This document shows positions 1 through 8,080 of a stretch of DNA of 24,885 bases, piece by piece. The position numbers and the translations under genes were made by a program. The notes under the pieces are model-generated. The model saw only the letters and a program-made list of their open reading frames with translations, searched no databases and had not been told where the DNA came from. The stretch lies in the sequence record DRR723986_4144; one strand, written 5' to 3'. The first letter of the stretch is position 1; each line of letters begins with the position of its first letter.

Positions 1-2
1 TA

Positions 3-662
3 ATAAATCAAGATGGGCACGTAGTAGGAGTAAATACATTCATTTACCGTGACGGAGAAAGTCTAGGTTTTGCATTACCATCTGTTACTTTGAATGACAT
101 TCTAAGGGAGTACAATGACAACATGTTTGGTGAAAGAGCCTCTAAATGTCCGTCATGTACGAATTTGGTGACAGAACAAACATTACAAGATGGCTATTGT
201 CCTTCGTGTGGAAATAAATTTGATATCAAAGAATTTCAATCTAATCCGTACACGCCAGAAGGTGTTTCAAAAACTATGGAAGATATTTTGACTTCAATAG
301 GTAAAGATGTGAAGTTGGCCAGAGTTGGAAAATCATCTTGGGATATAGAAGAAGGAAGTGCTTTAATTAAGATCACGCACAATTTAAAGAACAGGTTCAT
401 CTATTGTGATGCAACTTTAGGGTCTTTACCGAAGCAGAATATTGGTGATTTATATGAATTTATGTTGAGAGAAAATTATAATCTCGAAGCACTAACTTTT
501 TCAGTTGATCGACAAAATATTTTGCTAAGTACCATTATCTTTGATGGAGATTTAAATGCTGAAACGGGCAAAGAAATTTTGTCTGAATTGTTCCAGAAGG
601 CTGATGATTACGATAATCTATTAGCGGATAATTACGGAATGGAAATGGCAGAACATCAATAG
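3..662 (+). CDS. 5'-truncated trypsin-like (S1C/HtrA-type) serine protease fused to a CxxC-CxxC zinc ribbon and a C-terminal YbjN/type III chaperone-like domain
   Basis: The frame of ORF 90..662 is open back to the window edge. Nt 3-89 read INQDGHVVGVNTFIYRDGESLGFALPSVT, matching the end of HtrA-type protease domains (LINxxGxVVGINT...GxGFAIP). This is followed by CPSC...CPSC and then a segment (WDIEEGSALIKIT...LYEFMLRENY...LFQKADDYDNLL) resembling YbjN/CesT-fold proteins. The catalytic Ser lies outside the window. Confidence 0.75.
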   Translation: MNQDGHVVGVNTFIYRDGESLGFALPSVTLNDILREYNDNMFGERASKCPSCTNLVTEQTLQDGYCPSCGNKFDIKEFQSNPYTPEGVSKTMEDILTSIGKDVKLARVGKSSWDIEEGSALIKITHNLKNRFIYCDATLGSLPKQNIGDLYEFMLRENYNLEALTFSVDRQNILLSTIIFDGDLNAETGKEILSELFQKADDYDNLLADNYGMEMAEHQ

Positions 663-680
663 GTTTTTTTAACCAGAAGC

Positions 681-720
681 AGCCCTTCTTCTTTGCTTAG
701 GCGAGAGGAGGGGCTTTTTT
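681..720 (+). terminator. Rho-independent terminator
   Basis: Hairpin AGCCCTTCTTCTTTGC-TTAG-GCGAGAGGAGGGGCT (G-U pairs, one bulge) followed by a T run, 18 nt after the stop at 662. Confidence 0.75.
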
Positions 721-748
721 ATTTTACAATAATCCACATCTTTGCAAC

Positions 749-1984
749 ATGGCAAATTTATTGATCAAAAATATTAAGTCTCTCTATGGGATTTTGGAAT
801 CAACTACTGAACCCCTAAGAGGTGAAGATTTAGCGAAAGTCAACGCTATTGAAAATGCGTATTTGGCCGTTGAAGACGGACGAATTGCTGATTACGGTTC
901 AATGTCAGATTTGTCTGGTGTACTGGATTGGAACAATTTAGAAATCATAGATGCAGAGGGGAAATTCGTGATGCCTGCCTATTGCGATTCGCATTCGCAT
1001 TTGGTATTTGCAAAAACGAGAGAAGAAGAGTTTGTTGATAGAATCAAGGGATTGACCTACGAAGAAATTGGAAAAAAAGGTGGTGGAATACTCAATTCGG
1101 CACGAAAACTGGCTGCACTTTCTGAAGATGAACTTGTTGAGGATGCACTAAAACGACTTGCACTCATTAAAAGTATGGGTACCGGTGCTATTGAGATTAA
1201 AAGCGGCTACGGATTAACGGTTGAGGCTGAACTGAAGATGCTGCGCGTAGTAAAGCGTTTGAAAGAATTATCTGACGTCACTATAAAAGCTACATTTTTA
1301 GGCGCACATGCTTTTCCAGCAGAATACAAAGAAAATCAAGAAGCTTACGTAGACCTTGTCATTAATGAGATGTTACCCAAGGTGGTAGAAGAAGGCCTTG
1401 CCGAATATATTGACGTGTTTTGTGAAAGAAATTATTTTACGGCTGATCAATTAGATCGCATCTTGGATGCAGGAGTTAGAGCCGGACTAAAGCCCAAAAT
1501 TCATGTCAATCAATTCTCTGTAATGGGTGGAGTTGGAATAGGGGTGAAGTACGGTGCTGTATCGGTAGATCATCTTGAAGAATTAGATGATAATGATGTC
1601 AACGTGCTGAAGGGATCGAAAACAATAGCTACCGCTTTGCCGAGTTGCTCATTCTTTCTTTCTATTCCCTATTCACCCATGCGAAAATTGATTGATGCCG
1701 GAGTAGCTTGTGCATTGGCTTCAGATTATAATCCAGGTTCTACACCATCAGGTAATATGCAATTTGTTAATGCCCTGGCTTGTTCAAAAATGAAAATGAC
1801 ACCAGAAGAGGCTTTTAATGCAACAACTATTAATGGAGCTTATGCCATGGAGTTAGGTCACGAGTTAGGATCAATTACGAGAGGTAAAAAAGCCAATTTG
1901 ATCATTACTAAAGCAATACCATCTTTAGCTTATATGCCTTATTCATTTGGGGAAAATTGCGTGGAGAAGATTGTGTTGGGTTAA
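749..1984 (+). CDS. hutI: Imidazolonepropionase (histidine utilisation amidohydrolase)
   Basis: 411 aa. Metal-binding DSHSH motif, plus GGGI, EIKSGYGL, TFLGAH, DVFCE, SVDHLE, ASDYNPG and GSITRGKKANL, all typical of HutI. Confidence 0.95.
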   Translation: MANLLIKNIKSLYGILESTTEPLRGEDLAKVNAIENAYLAVEDGRIADYGSMSDLSGVLDWNNLEIIDAEGKFVMPAYCDSHSHLVFAKTREEEFVDRIKGLTYEEIGKKGGGILNSARKLAALSEDELVEDALKRLALIKSMGTGAIEIKSGYGLTVEAELKMLRVVKRLKELSDVTIKATFLGAHAFPAEYKENQEAYVDLVINEMLPKVVEEGLAEYIDVFCERNYFTADQLDRILDAGVRAGLKPKIHVNQFSVMGGVGIGVKYGAVSVDHLEELDDNDVNVLKGSKTIATALPSCSFFLSIPYSPMRKLIDAGVACALASDYNPGSTPSGNMQFVNALACSKMKMTPEEAFNATTINGAYAMELGHELGSITRGKKANLIITKAIPSLAYMPYSFGENCVEKIVLG

Positions 1985-4665
1985 GATGCACGTAATAGTT
2001 TAATCAATTCGTCAATGCACTCTCGTTTATTGGATAGCCAATAAGCATATGGAAGTGGGAAAAGTTTAATACCGCTTCGTTCAATCATTTTATATCTTTC
2101 AATAGAATAGTAATCTTCGAATTCTCCAGGGAAACCTATCAAGTCTATTCCAACGTATTTTTTATCAGCTGCAACTAGTAAATCTATTTTTAATCCAGAA
2201 ATTTCAAAGGCAGTCCATGTTTTAACATTTTCATTTTCCAATTCTTTGACCACCTCATTACAAAATACATCTTTAGACTCTGTTAAAAAATCATCATCTT
2301 TTGCATTATTGTAATGACGAAAAAATCCAGCTAAAATGGATGCCCCATTTAATTTATTTTCATCAAATGAATAATATATAATTTGTTTGTTTCTGGCTCT
2401 TGTCACTGATACATTGAAAACGTCTCTACGGTTTATAAAGGTGTAACTTCCAGGTTTAGATTTAGAATCGATACAAAAAGATAGAAGCATTGTATCTCGT
2501 TCATTCCCTTGAAAACTAAAGGCAGTTCCTACTAAAATAGAATGATTTTTAATTTCCCGAACGGTGAAATTATCGCGAATTGCGTTGAAAAGTTTATCTA
2601 CCTGAACCCTGAACGGAGATAAAACACCGATTGAACTCTTAATGCCAACTTTTAATTCACGTTGATTATCTACTATTTCTCTAATTTTATTTACAATTAG
2701 TTGTATTTCTTGCGGGTTTGATTTCCCTGATCTTCTACCATTAGTTCTCTCAAAGATTATGCTATGTGCTGCACTTAATGGTCTCTTTGTAAGAATGTTT
2801 AAGCCATTATTGTAAAATTGTTCGTTACTAAATGAAATTATCGGAAACTGAGACCTGAAATGCTCATTTAATTGAATCTTGGATGAGCTATCCACAACCT
2901 TTTCTGCCAAATCAAGAATTGATTGATCTCTGTGTTGACATAAATATCTCATCTCTTGAGAAACCTTGTGTTTTAAAGATCTCTCAAGATTTTTCGTGAT
3001 AAACGAAATATGGGTCAGTTGGTTCGAGTCCCCAACAATTATACATTTTTTAGAACGAAACAGCAATGGGATGAGGCTAGGTATGTCGCATTGTGAGGCT
3101 TCGTCAATTATTAAGACATCAAACAATTCTTTTTTCAATGTGATGGCTTTGGAAATCTCGTTTGCTTGAACAAGCCAAATAGGAAAGGTTTTCAGAATAT
3201 TTGAAAAATCGATTAACCGCTCTTTTGTTTTTTTCCATTCCTTATCCCTTGCACGCAAAAAATTGAGATATTCACGTAGTTCTGTTCGACTTTCTATTAC
3301 CGTATTATCTCTAACAAACTCATTGACCTTTTTTACCAGTTTTCTACCTTGTATCCGAGTTTTATCAATGTGTTTATAATATTTTTTTAAGTCAACCCAT
3401 AACGGGGTGGTGTAGTTCCCCCTAGTTTTTAAAATTCGATCTTTATATTCAGAACTTAAGTTTTGTGAAAATTTCTTTTTGAGGATGTTCCCAAAATATT
3501 GTTTTTCAAGTTCTAGCGATTTAAGTAACTTTCTTTCGAAGGCATTTTTAGCGTCATGAACAGCCTGGAAACTGGCGAATTCTTTATCAAGTTCAGACCA
3601 TTCTCTAGGCAGTGCGACATGGCCTCTCCCTAAAAGATGATCCAATTTGTTTTTTAAGTCCATTAATTGACGGTCCTTCGTAGCATTGACAAATATATCT
3701 GGCAAATTTAGTTGCTGACCAATTTTATGTTCAATTACATCTAGCGCCTCCTTATTTTTTGACGTAATTAAGACCGATTGTCCCTTACTGATTTTCTCCA
3801 CGGCTAAATTCGAAATTGTAAAAGATTTCCCAGTGCCGGGAGGGCCGCTTATGTAACTGACAATTCTTTCATTAGAATTATCAATCGCGAGATTTTGAGA
3901 AGAATTTAATTCTTCAGAGATAATTCCCTTCTTCTCATCACTAAAATTATTTTCCTGGTTGAAAAGAACCTTTAAAGGAGCAGAAAAATCATCAAACTGC
4001 TCAATTTTAGCCAGTTCGTCAATGGTACTGTATTGGTCATTTTCTCTTTCGACTATACAAATTACCCCAAGAGGAATTATTTTGTCTAAAACTTTGAAAG
4101 TTTTCTTTTTTTCTAGATTTAATTTTTTTCTCGACCACAATTCTGGAAATAATATGAATTCATCAGTTTGATAATCTGGCAGATGTTTATCAATGGTCTC
4201 CTTTAATTGGAATTGGAAATGTAAGTCAACGCCTTTGGATAACAGATTTTTTTTGAAAACAGGGTCATTATAGATAGGCTTTGGGAGGCTCGAAGCTATA
4301 CTTTTTTTAGTGTCAAAATCCACTGAAAAAAAACATCCATTCTCATTAAGATCAATTTTCGCATCAAATGAAATTAACGGATATACCCTTCTTGTATCAT
4401 ACCTATTTAACGACTTAAAATTAGAAATCCGAGCACCAGAAAAGTATTTGAGCTCAACTTTGTCACCTCTTAATTCCAGTGTTTTGATTATTTCTTCACC
4501 AGTTTTTTCGTTTATCGGTATAGACGGATATTCTCCTGTAAGGAGCTCTTCTTTTTCTGAAATAAAAAATACCTTTAAGACTCTTGCGGAATCTAGGTGT
4601 AACTGTTTTGCTTGACTAAGTTCAGCTTTATAAACTTCATTGTAAAAGGATAGTACAGATTTCAT
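1981..4665 (-). CDS. Superfamily 1 helicase (UPF1/DNA2/NAM7-like) with C-terminal restriction-endonuclease-like domain
   Basis: 894 aa. LNSSQ Q-motif, Walker A GPPGTGKS, Walker B LIIDEASQ, VGDSNQL, EHFRS, GVLSPFRVQ, FQGNERD and NVSVTRAR. The last ~100 aa (KIDLLV...VGIDLIG...ERYKMIERSG) resemble Vsr/MTES_1575-type domains. Confidence 0.85.
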   Translation of the reverse strand: MKSVLSFYNEVYKAELSQAKQLHLDSARVLKVFFISEKEELLTGEYPSIPINEKTGEEIIKTLELRGDKVELKYFSGARISNFKSLNRYDTRRVYPLISFDAKIDLNENGCFFSVDFDTKKSIASSLPKPIYNDPVFKKNLLSKGVDLHFQFQLKETIDKHLPDYQTDEFILFPELWSRKKLNLEKKKTFKVLDKIIPLGVICIVERENDQYSTIDELAKIEQFDDFSAPLKVLFNQENNFSDEKKGIISEELNSSQNLAIDNSNERIVSYISGPPGTGKSFTISNLAVEKISKGQSVLITSKNKEALDVIEHKIGQQLNLPDIFVNATKDRQLMDLKNKLDHLLGRGHVALPREWSELDKEFASFQAVHDAKNAFERKLLKSLELEKQYFGNILKKKFSQNLSSEYKDRILKTRGNYTTPLWVDLKKYYKHIDKTRIQGRKLVKKVNEFVRDNTVIESRTELREYLNFLRARDKEWKKTKERLIDFSNILKTFPIWLVQANEISKAITLKKELFDVLIIDEASQCDIPSLIPLLFRSKKCIIVGDSNQLTHISFITKNLERSLKHKVSQEMRYLCQHRDQSILDLAEKVVDSSSKIQLNEHFRSQFPIISFSNEQFYNNGLNILTKRPLSAAHSIIFERTNGRRSGKSNPQEIQLIVNKIREIVDNQRELKVGIKSSIGVLSPFRVQVDKLFNAIRDNFTVREIKNHSILVGTAFSFQGNERDTMLLSFCIDSKSKPGSYTFINRRDVFNVSVTRARNKQIIYYSFDENKLNGASILAGFFRHYNNAKDDDFLTESKDVFCNEVVKELENENVKTWTAFEISGLKIDLLVAADKKYVGIDLIGFPGEFEDYYSIERYKMIERSGIKLFPLPYAYWLSNKRECIDELIKLLRAS

Positions 4666-4714
4666 ATTGAACTATGAATATAAGTTTAAAAATCCTTATT
4701 TCAGTTACCAGGAA

Positions 4715-5935
4715 TTAATCTTCCAAACTCAACTCAAATACAAATTGGTAAGCTGTTTTATTTGCAGTGTTTGTGCGCTCAAATGTGCCGTTCAATTGAT
4801 TGGTCAATGATTGAATTAAATCGAGTCCCAAACCGTTCCCTGTTTTAGGCTCAACCCAGTTACCATTGTCTTCGAATTCAATTGTTAATGCATTGTCTTT
4901 CTGGCTCAATCGAATAGTGATGCTTCCTTTGGCTTTATCTTTAAACGCATGCTTAATGGAATTAGTAATCAATTCGTTAAAGATTAATGCAATTGGTACT
5001 AGGGAGTCAACATTAATCCGTTCGGTGTTAGAATGAATATTAAAGTCTACTTCTGTAGTTAAAGCGTATGATTTCACCAAATCTTTCACCAAAGACTCTA
5101 CGTAATTTTCGAAATCAATATCTGTTAGATCTGGGTTTTTTATTATTCTGTCATGCATTAGTGACATGGCGGCGACCCGATTGATTGATTCTTCATAAAG
5201 CGCTAAGTGTTTACTATCAGTGATGTCTTTTGATTGTAGCCTTAACAAGCTCGTAATTACCTGAAGGTTGTTTTTTACACGGTGATGAACTTCCTTCAGT
5301 AGGATTGTTTTTTCTTCATTCTTGCTCTGAAGGGTATTCGTTAATTCAACATACTTCGATTCAGCATAGGCGTTAACTTTTAAAAATTGGTTAACATAAA
5401 ACCCTATTATGAGCATACATATCGAAAAGTTAATGGATAAAGCAATGATTTGATTTTGGTCTAAACTCTCAACCTGATTTAAATTATACTGAAGACCAAA
5501 CAGCAGATAATACAAAGCACCTAATAAGCTAAATACTAGAATAATGGTGCCCCAGGTTCTGCCAAGAGTAAAATAAGTGTGCAGAATAATTATTAGCATC
5601 CACACTACATCTACAAAATGATAGGAATCTGAAATAAAAACAAGGACATAGATGCATAAAACGGCTCCTAAAACACTATGAACCATTGCAGGTAAACGAT
5701 ACTCCTTCGTTCTTTTCATTATAAACAAAAGAAAAAGGCAAAATATAAAACCAATTAGAGTGGGTGTAGCAGCTTTTTCACCTAAATCATAGAGTACCCA
5801 TGCTAAAGGAGGTAAAAAAATCACCAAAATCAGATTTAACTTCCACGTGATATTTAACCTTGCGGAATCGTAAAAGTTTGAGTTCTCGGATTTTAACGAA
5901 AAAAATGACATTTTTTGCTTTTCAGTAGGCGCCAA
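4715..5935 (-). CDS. Membrane sensor histidine kinase, HisKA_2 family
   Basis: About 5 hydrophobic N-terminal helices, H-box LLKEVHHRVKNNLQVITSLL, N-box NELITNSIKHAF and G-box GLGLDLI. The ATG at 5911 (MSFFSLK) may be the true start rather than the TTG at 5935. Confidence 0.9.
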   Translation of the reverse strand: MAPTEKQKMSFFSLKSENSNFYDSARLNITWKLNLILVIFLPPLAWVLYDLGEKAATPTLIGFIFCLFLLFIMKRTKEYRLPAMVHSVLGAVLCIYVLVFISDSYHFVDVVWMLIIILHTYFTLGRTWGTIILVFSLLGALYYLLFGLQYNLNQVESLDQNQIIALSINFSICMLIIGFYVNQFLKVNAYAESKYVELTNTLQSKNEEKTILLKEVHHRVKNNLQVITSLLRLQSKDITDSKHLALYEESINRVAAMSLMHDRIIKNPDLTDIDFENYVESLVKDLVKSYALTTEVDFNIHSNTERINVDSLVPIALIFNELITNSIKHAFKDKAKGSITIRLSQKDNALTIEFEDNGNWVEPKTGNGLGLDLIQSLTNQLNGTFERTNTANKTAYQFVFELSLED

Positions 5936-6095
5936 AATAGTAATTATCGTTCGAATTTAAGATGGCTTTGGAAGGTTTGATTATCGTAGACAAGCAGAAA
6001 TTTAAACAAAGTTGTGGTTAAAAAACTCAGAACGTCTGTAATTTTACTTTCATTTTACGTTAATTTCGTAAATCAGTCAAAAAAAAAGAACTATC

Positions 6096-7001
6096 GTGTC
6101 AATTGAAGTGTCAAATGTTTTTAAGTATTACGGAGAGCAAGCTGCTTTAAATGATGTTTCGTTCAAAATAAATTCAGGTGAAATTGTTGGGTTTCTTGGA
6201 CCCAACGGAGCGGGTAAATCAACCATGATGAAAATTATCACCTGCTTTATTCCTAAATCTTCAGGTGAAGTAAAGGTTTGTGGGCTTGATGTTGAAGATC
6301 AATCTATAGAGGTTAAGAAGAAAGTTGGCTACCTGCCTGAACACAATCCACTTTATCTGGATATGTATGTGAAGGAATACCTCAGTTTTGTTGCCGGAAT
6401 TTATAAGATCAAAAATAAAAAAGAACGCGTTGCTGAAATGATTCAATTGGTTGGATTAGAAAAAGAACAGTCCAAAAAAATTGGTGCCTTGTCAAAAGGT
6501 TACCGCCAACGTGTAGGATTAGCGCAGGCTATTATTCATGATCCTGAAGTGTTAATATTAGATGAACCCACATCTGGACTTGATCCGAATCAACTAGAAG
6601 ATATCCGAAGGTTGATTATCAATATTGGAAAAACGAAAACCGTCATGCTTTCAACTCATATCATGCAAGAAGTGGAGGCCATTTGTGATCGTGTTATTAT
6701 CATTAAAGATGGTCAAATTGTGGCTGATAATACGCCTGAAAAAATGCAGCATGCTGATGATGAGAAAAAACAAATCATTTTTGTAGAATTTAGTGATGCC
6801 ACTTCTCGAAATCAATTGAAGGCAATTGAGGGTGTTGCTTCTGTGAAGAATGTAGAAGATAATAAATGGTTGTTTGAATCAAAAGGAGATATCAGGGCCA
6901 ATATTGCAACATGGGCTCAGAAAAATAACCTACTCACATTAACCATGCGTTTGGAAGAAAAGAGCATGGAAGAAGTCTTTAAAGAACTAACGAAAAACTA
7001 A
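6096..7001 (+). CDS. gldA: Gliding motility-associated ABC transporter ATP-binding subunit GldA
   Basis: 301 aa. MSIEVSNVFKYYGEQAAL N-terminus, GPNGAGKST, GYLPEHNPLY, LSKGYRQRVGLAQA, ILDEPT and LSTHIMQEVEAICDR; length and motifs match Bacteroidota GldA. gldF/gldG are not adjacent. Confidence 0.82.
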   Translation: MSIEVSNVFKYYGEQAALNDVSFKINSGEIVGFLGPNGAGKSTMMKIITCFIPKSSGEVKVCGLDVEDQSIEVKKKVGYLPEHNPLYLDMYVKEYLSFVAGIYKIKNKKERVAEMIQLVGLEKEQSKKIGALSKGYRQRVGLAQAIIHDPEVLILDEPTSGLDPNQLEDIRRLIINIGKTKTVMLSTHIMQEVEAICDRVIIIKDGQIVADNTPEKMQHADDEKKQIIFVEFSDATSRNQLKAIEGVASVKNVEDNKWLFESKGDIRANIATWAQKNNLLTLTMRLEEKSMEEVFKELTKN

Positions 7002-7002
7002 T

Positions 7003-7032
7003 TAAAAAGGCCACTAACTAGTGGCCTTTTTA
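7003..7032. terminator. Bidirectional Rho-independent terminator between convergent genes
   Basis: Perfect inverted repeat TAAAAAGGCCACTA-AC-TAGTGGCCTTTTTA with A and T tracts on either side, lying between the stops at 7001 (+) and 7035 (-). Confidence 0.92.
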
Positions 7033-7034
7033 TT

Positions 7035-8075
7035 TTATTTTGATTTTCCTTTTGGTACATGTCGGTCAGTAAATTTATCCACAGAGCTATTCCATCTGTT
7101 TAAGTTTGCTGATCTGTTTTTATTCACTTCGTTAATAGTGGTGTTGAATCGCTCTCCTGCAGCATTAGACTCATTAACAGCTTTGTTAAATTGATCAACA
7201 TCCTCTTGTGTTCTGTCCTTTTCTTTCTTCTGATCAAATGATTTTTGAATGGTCGCAAAATTTTCAGCTTTTAAAAAGTAATTGGTAATGGCTTCAATTT
7301 TATTGTCTGCTTCATCTTCGTAAAATCGTAACATGTTTCTTAGGTTTTCAACTAATGAATTATCGCCATCATATGGTCTAATTTTCTTTAGTTTTTCCAA
7401 TCCTTCTTTAGCCGTTGCAGATAACGCACTTCTGTTTTGTTCAATTGCACTAACATCTTTTTTACCAATGGCATCACTCAAGTAGATGTCTTGAATATAA
7501 CTTTTGAAAAAGATTAAATATAGCTCATTGTAATAAACATAAACTTCATCCGCTTTTGCCATTTTCTTGGTCAAATCATCATCTGCATCAACCAATTCAA
7601 TTCCATATTCTTCTGCAAATTTAGTTTGCTCAGCAGCCAACATATCAGATGCCAGTGACAATTTTTTATTAGCTTCTTGCTTAGCCAGCATATACGCTTC
7701 CATGGCGTCATATGATTGCTCTGCAATTTCTTCCATGTTCACAATCTTCGCATAATCCTCTTTAAGCACCAAATAGTACATATTTAAAAAAGATGCTACT
7801 GAGTCACGATAGGCTGTGCTTCCTTCATAAGCAGGCATTCTTTTTACTTTTCCTTTTGCAGCATAGGTCGTCTGAACAAGTTCAGCACGCTTCTTTTCAA
7901 CAGTTTTGGCGCTCTTGCCATGAGATGCAGCATTTGTGTAATCCCACATGTCTTCTTTAATACTTCTGTATTCTTTTGAAATGGCGTCCATGTATTCGCC
8001 AGCCGTTTTATATTGCGCAATGGCTCCAGCAGATAAGAGAACTGCTCCAATGATTAATAATCCGATTTTTTTCAT
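7035..8075 (-). CDS. Secreted alpha-helical protein of unknown function (possibly LIC11966-like family)
   Basis: 346 aa. Sec signal peptide (MKKIGLLIIGAVLLSAGAIA-Q), charged helical composition. The family name is from recollection only. Confidence 0.6.
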   Translation of the reverse strand: MKKIGLLIIGAVLLSAGAIAQYKTAGEYMDAISKEYRSIKEDMWDYTNAASHGKSAKTVEKKRAELVQTTYAAKGKVKRMPAYEGSTAYRDSVASFLNMYYLVLKEDYAKIVNMEEIAEQSYDAMEAYMLAKQEANKKLSLASDMLAAEQTKFAEEYGIELVDADDDLTKKMAKADEVYVYYNELYLIFFKSYIQDIYLSDAIGKKDVSAIEQNRSALSATAKEGLEKLKKIRPYDGDNSLVENLRNMLRFYEDEADNKIEAITNYFLKAENFATIQKSFDQKKEKDRTQEDVDQFNKAVNESNAAGERFNTTINEVNKNRSANLNRWNSSVDKFTDRHVPKGKSK

Positions 8076-8080
8076 AATTT

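Noticed and set aside
90..92. TTG start for a 190-aa stand-alone protein
   Set aside because: The frame is open to the window edge and encodes recognisable protease sequence, so the real start is upstream of the window.
2966..4615. Plus-strand ORFs 2966..3169, 3959..4171 and 4310..4615
   Set aside because: Antisense shadows of the helicase gene; Ser/Phe/Ile-rich with no recognisable motifs.
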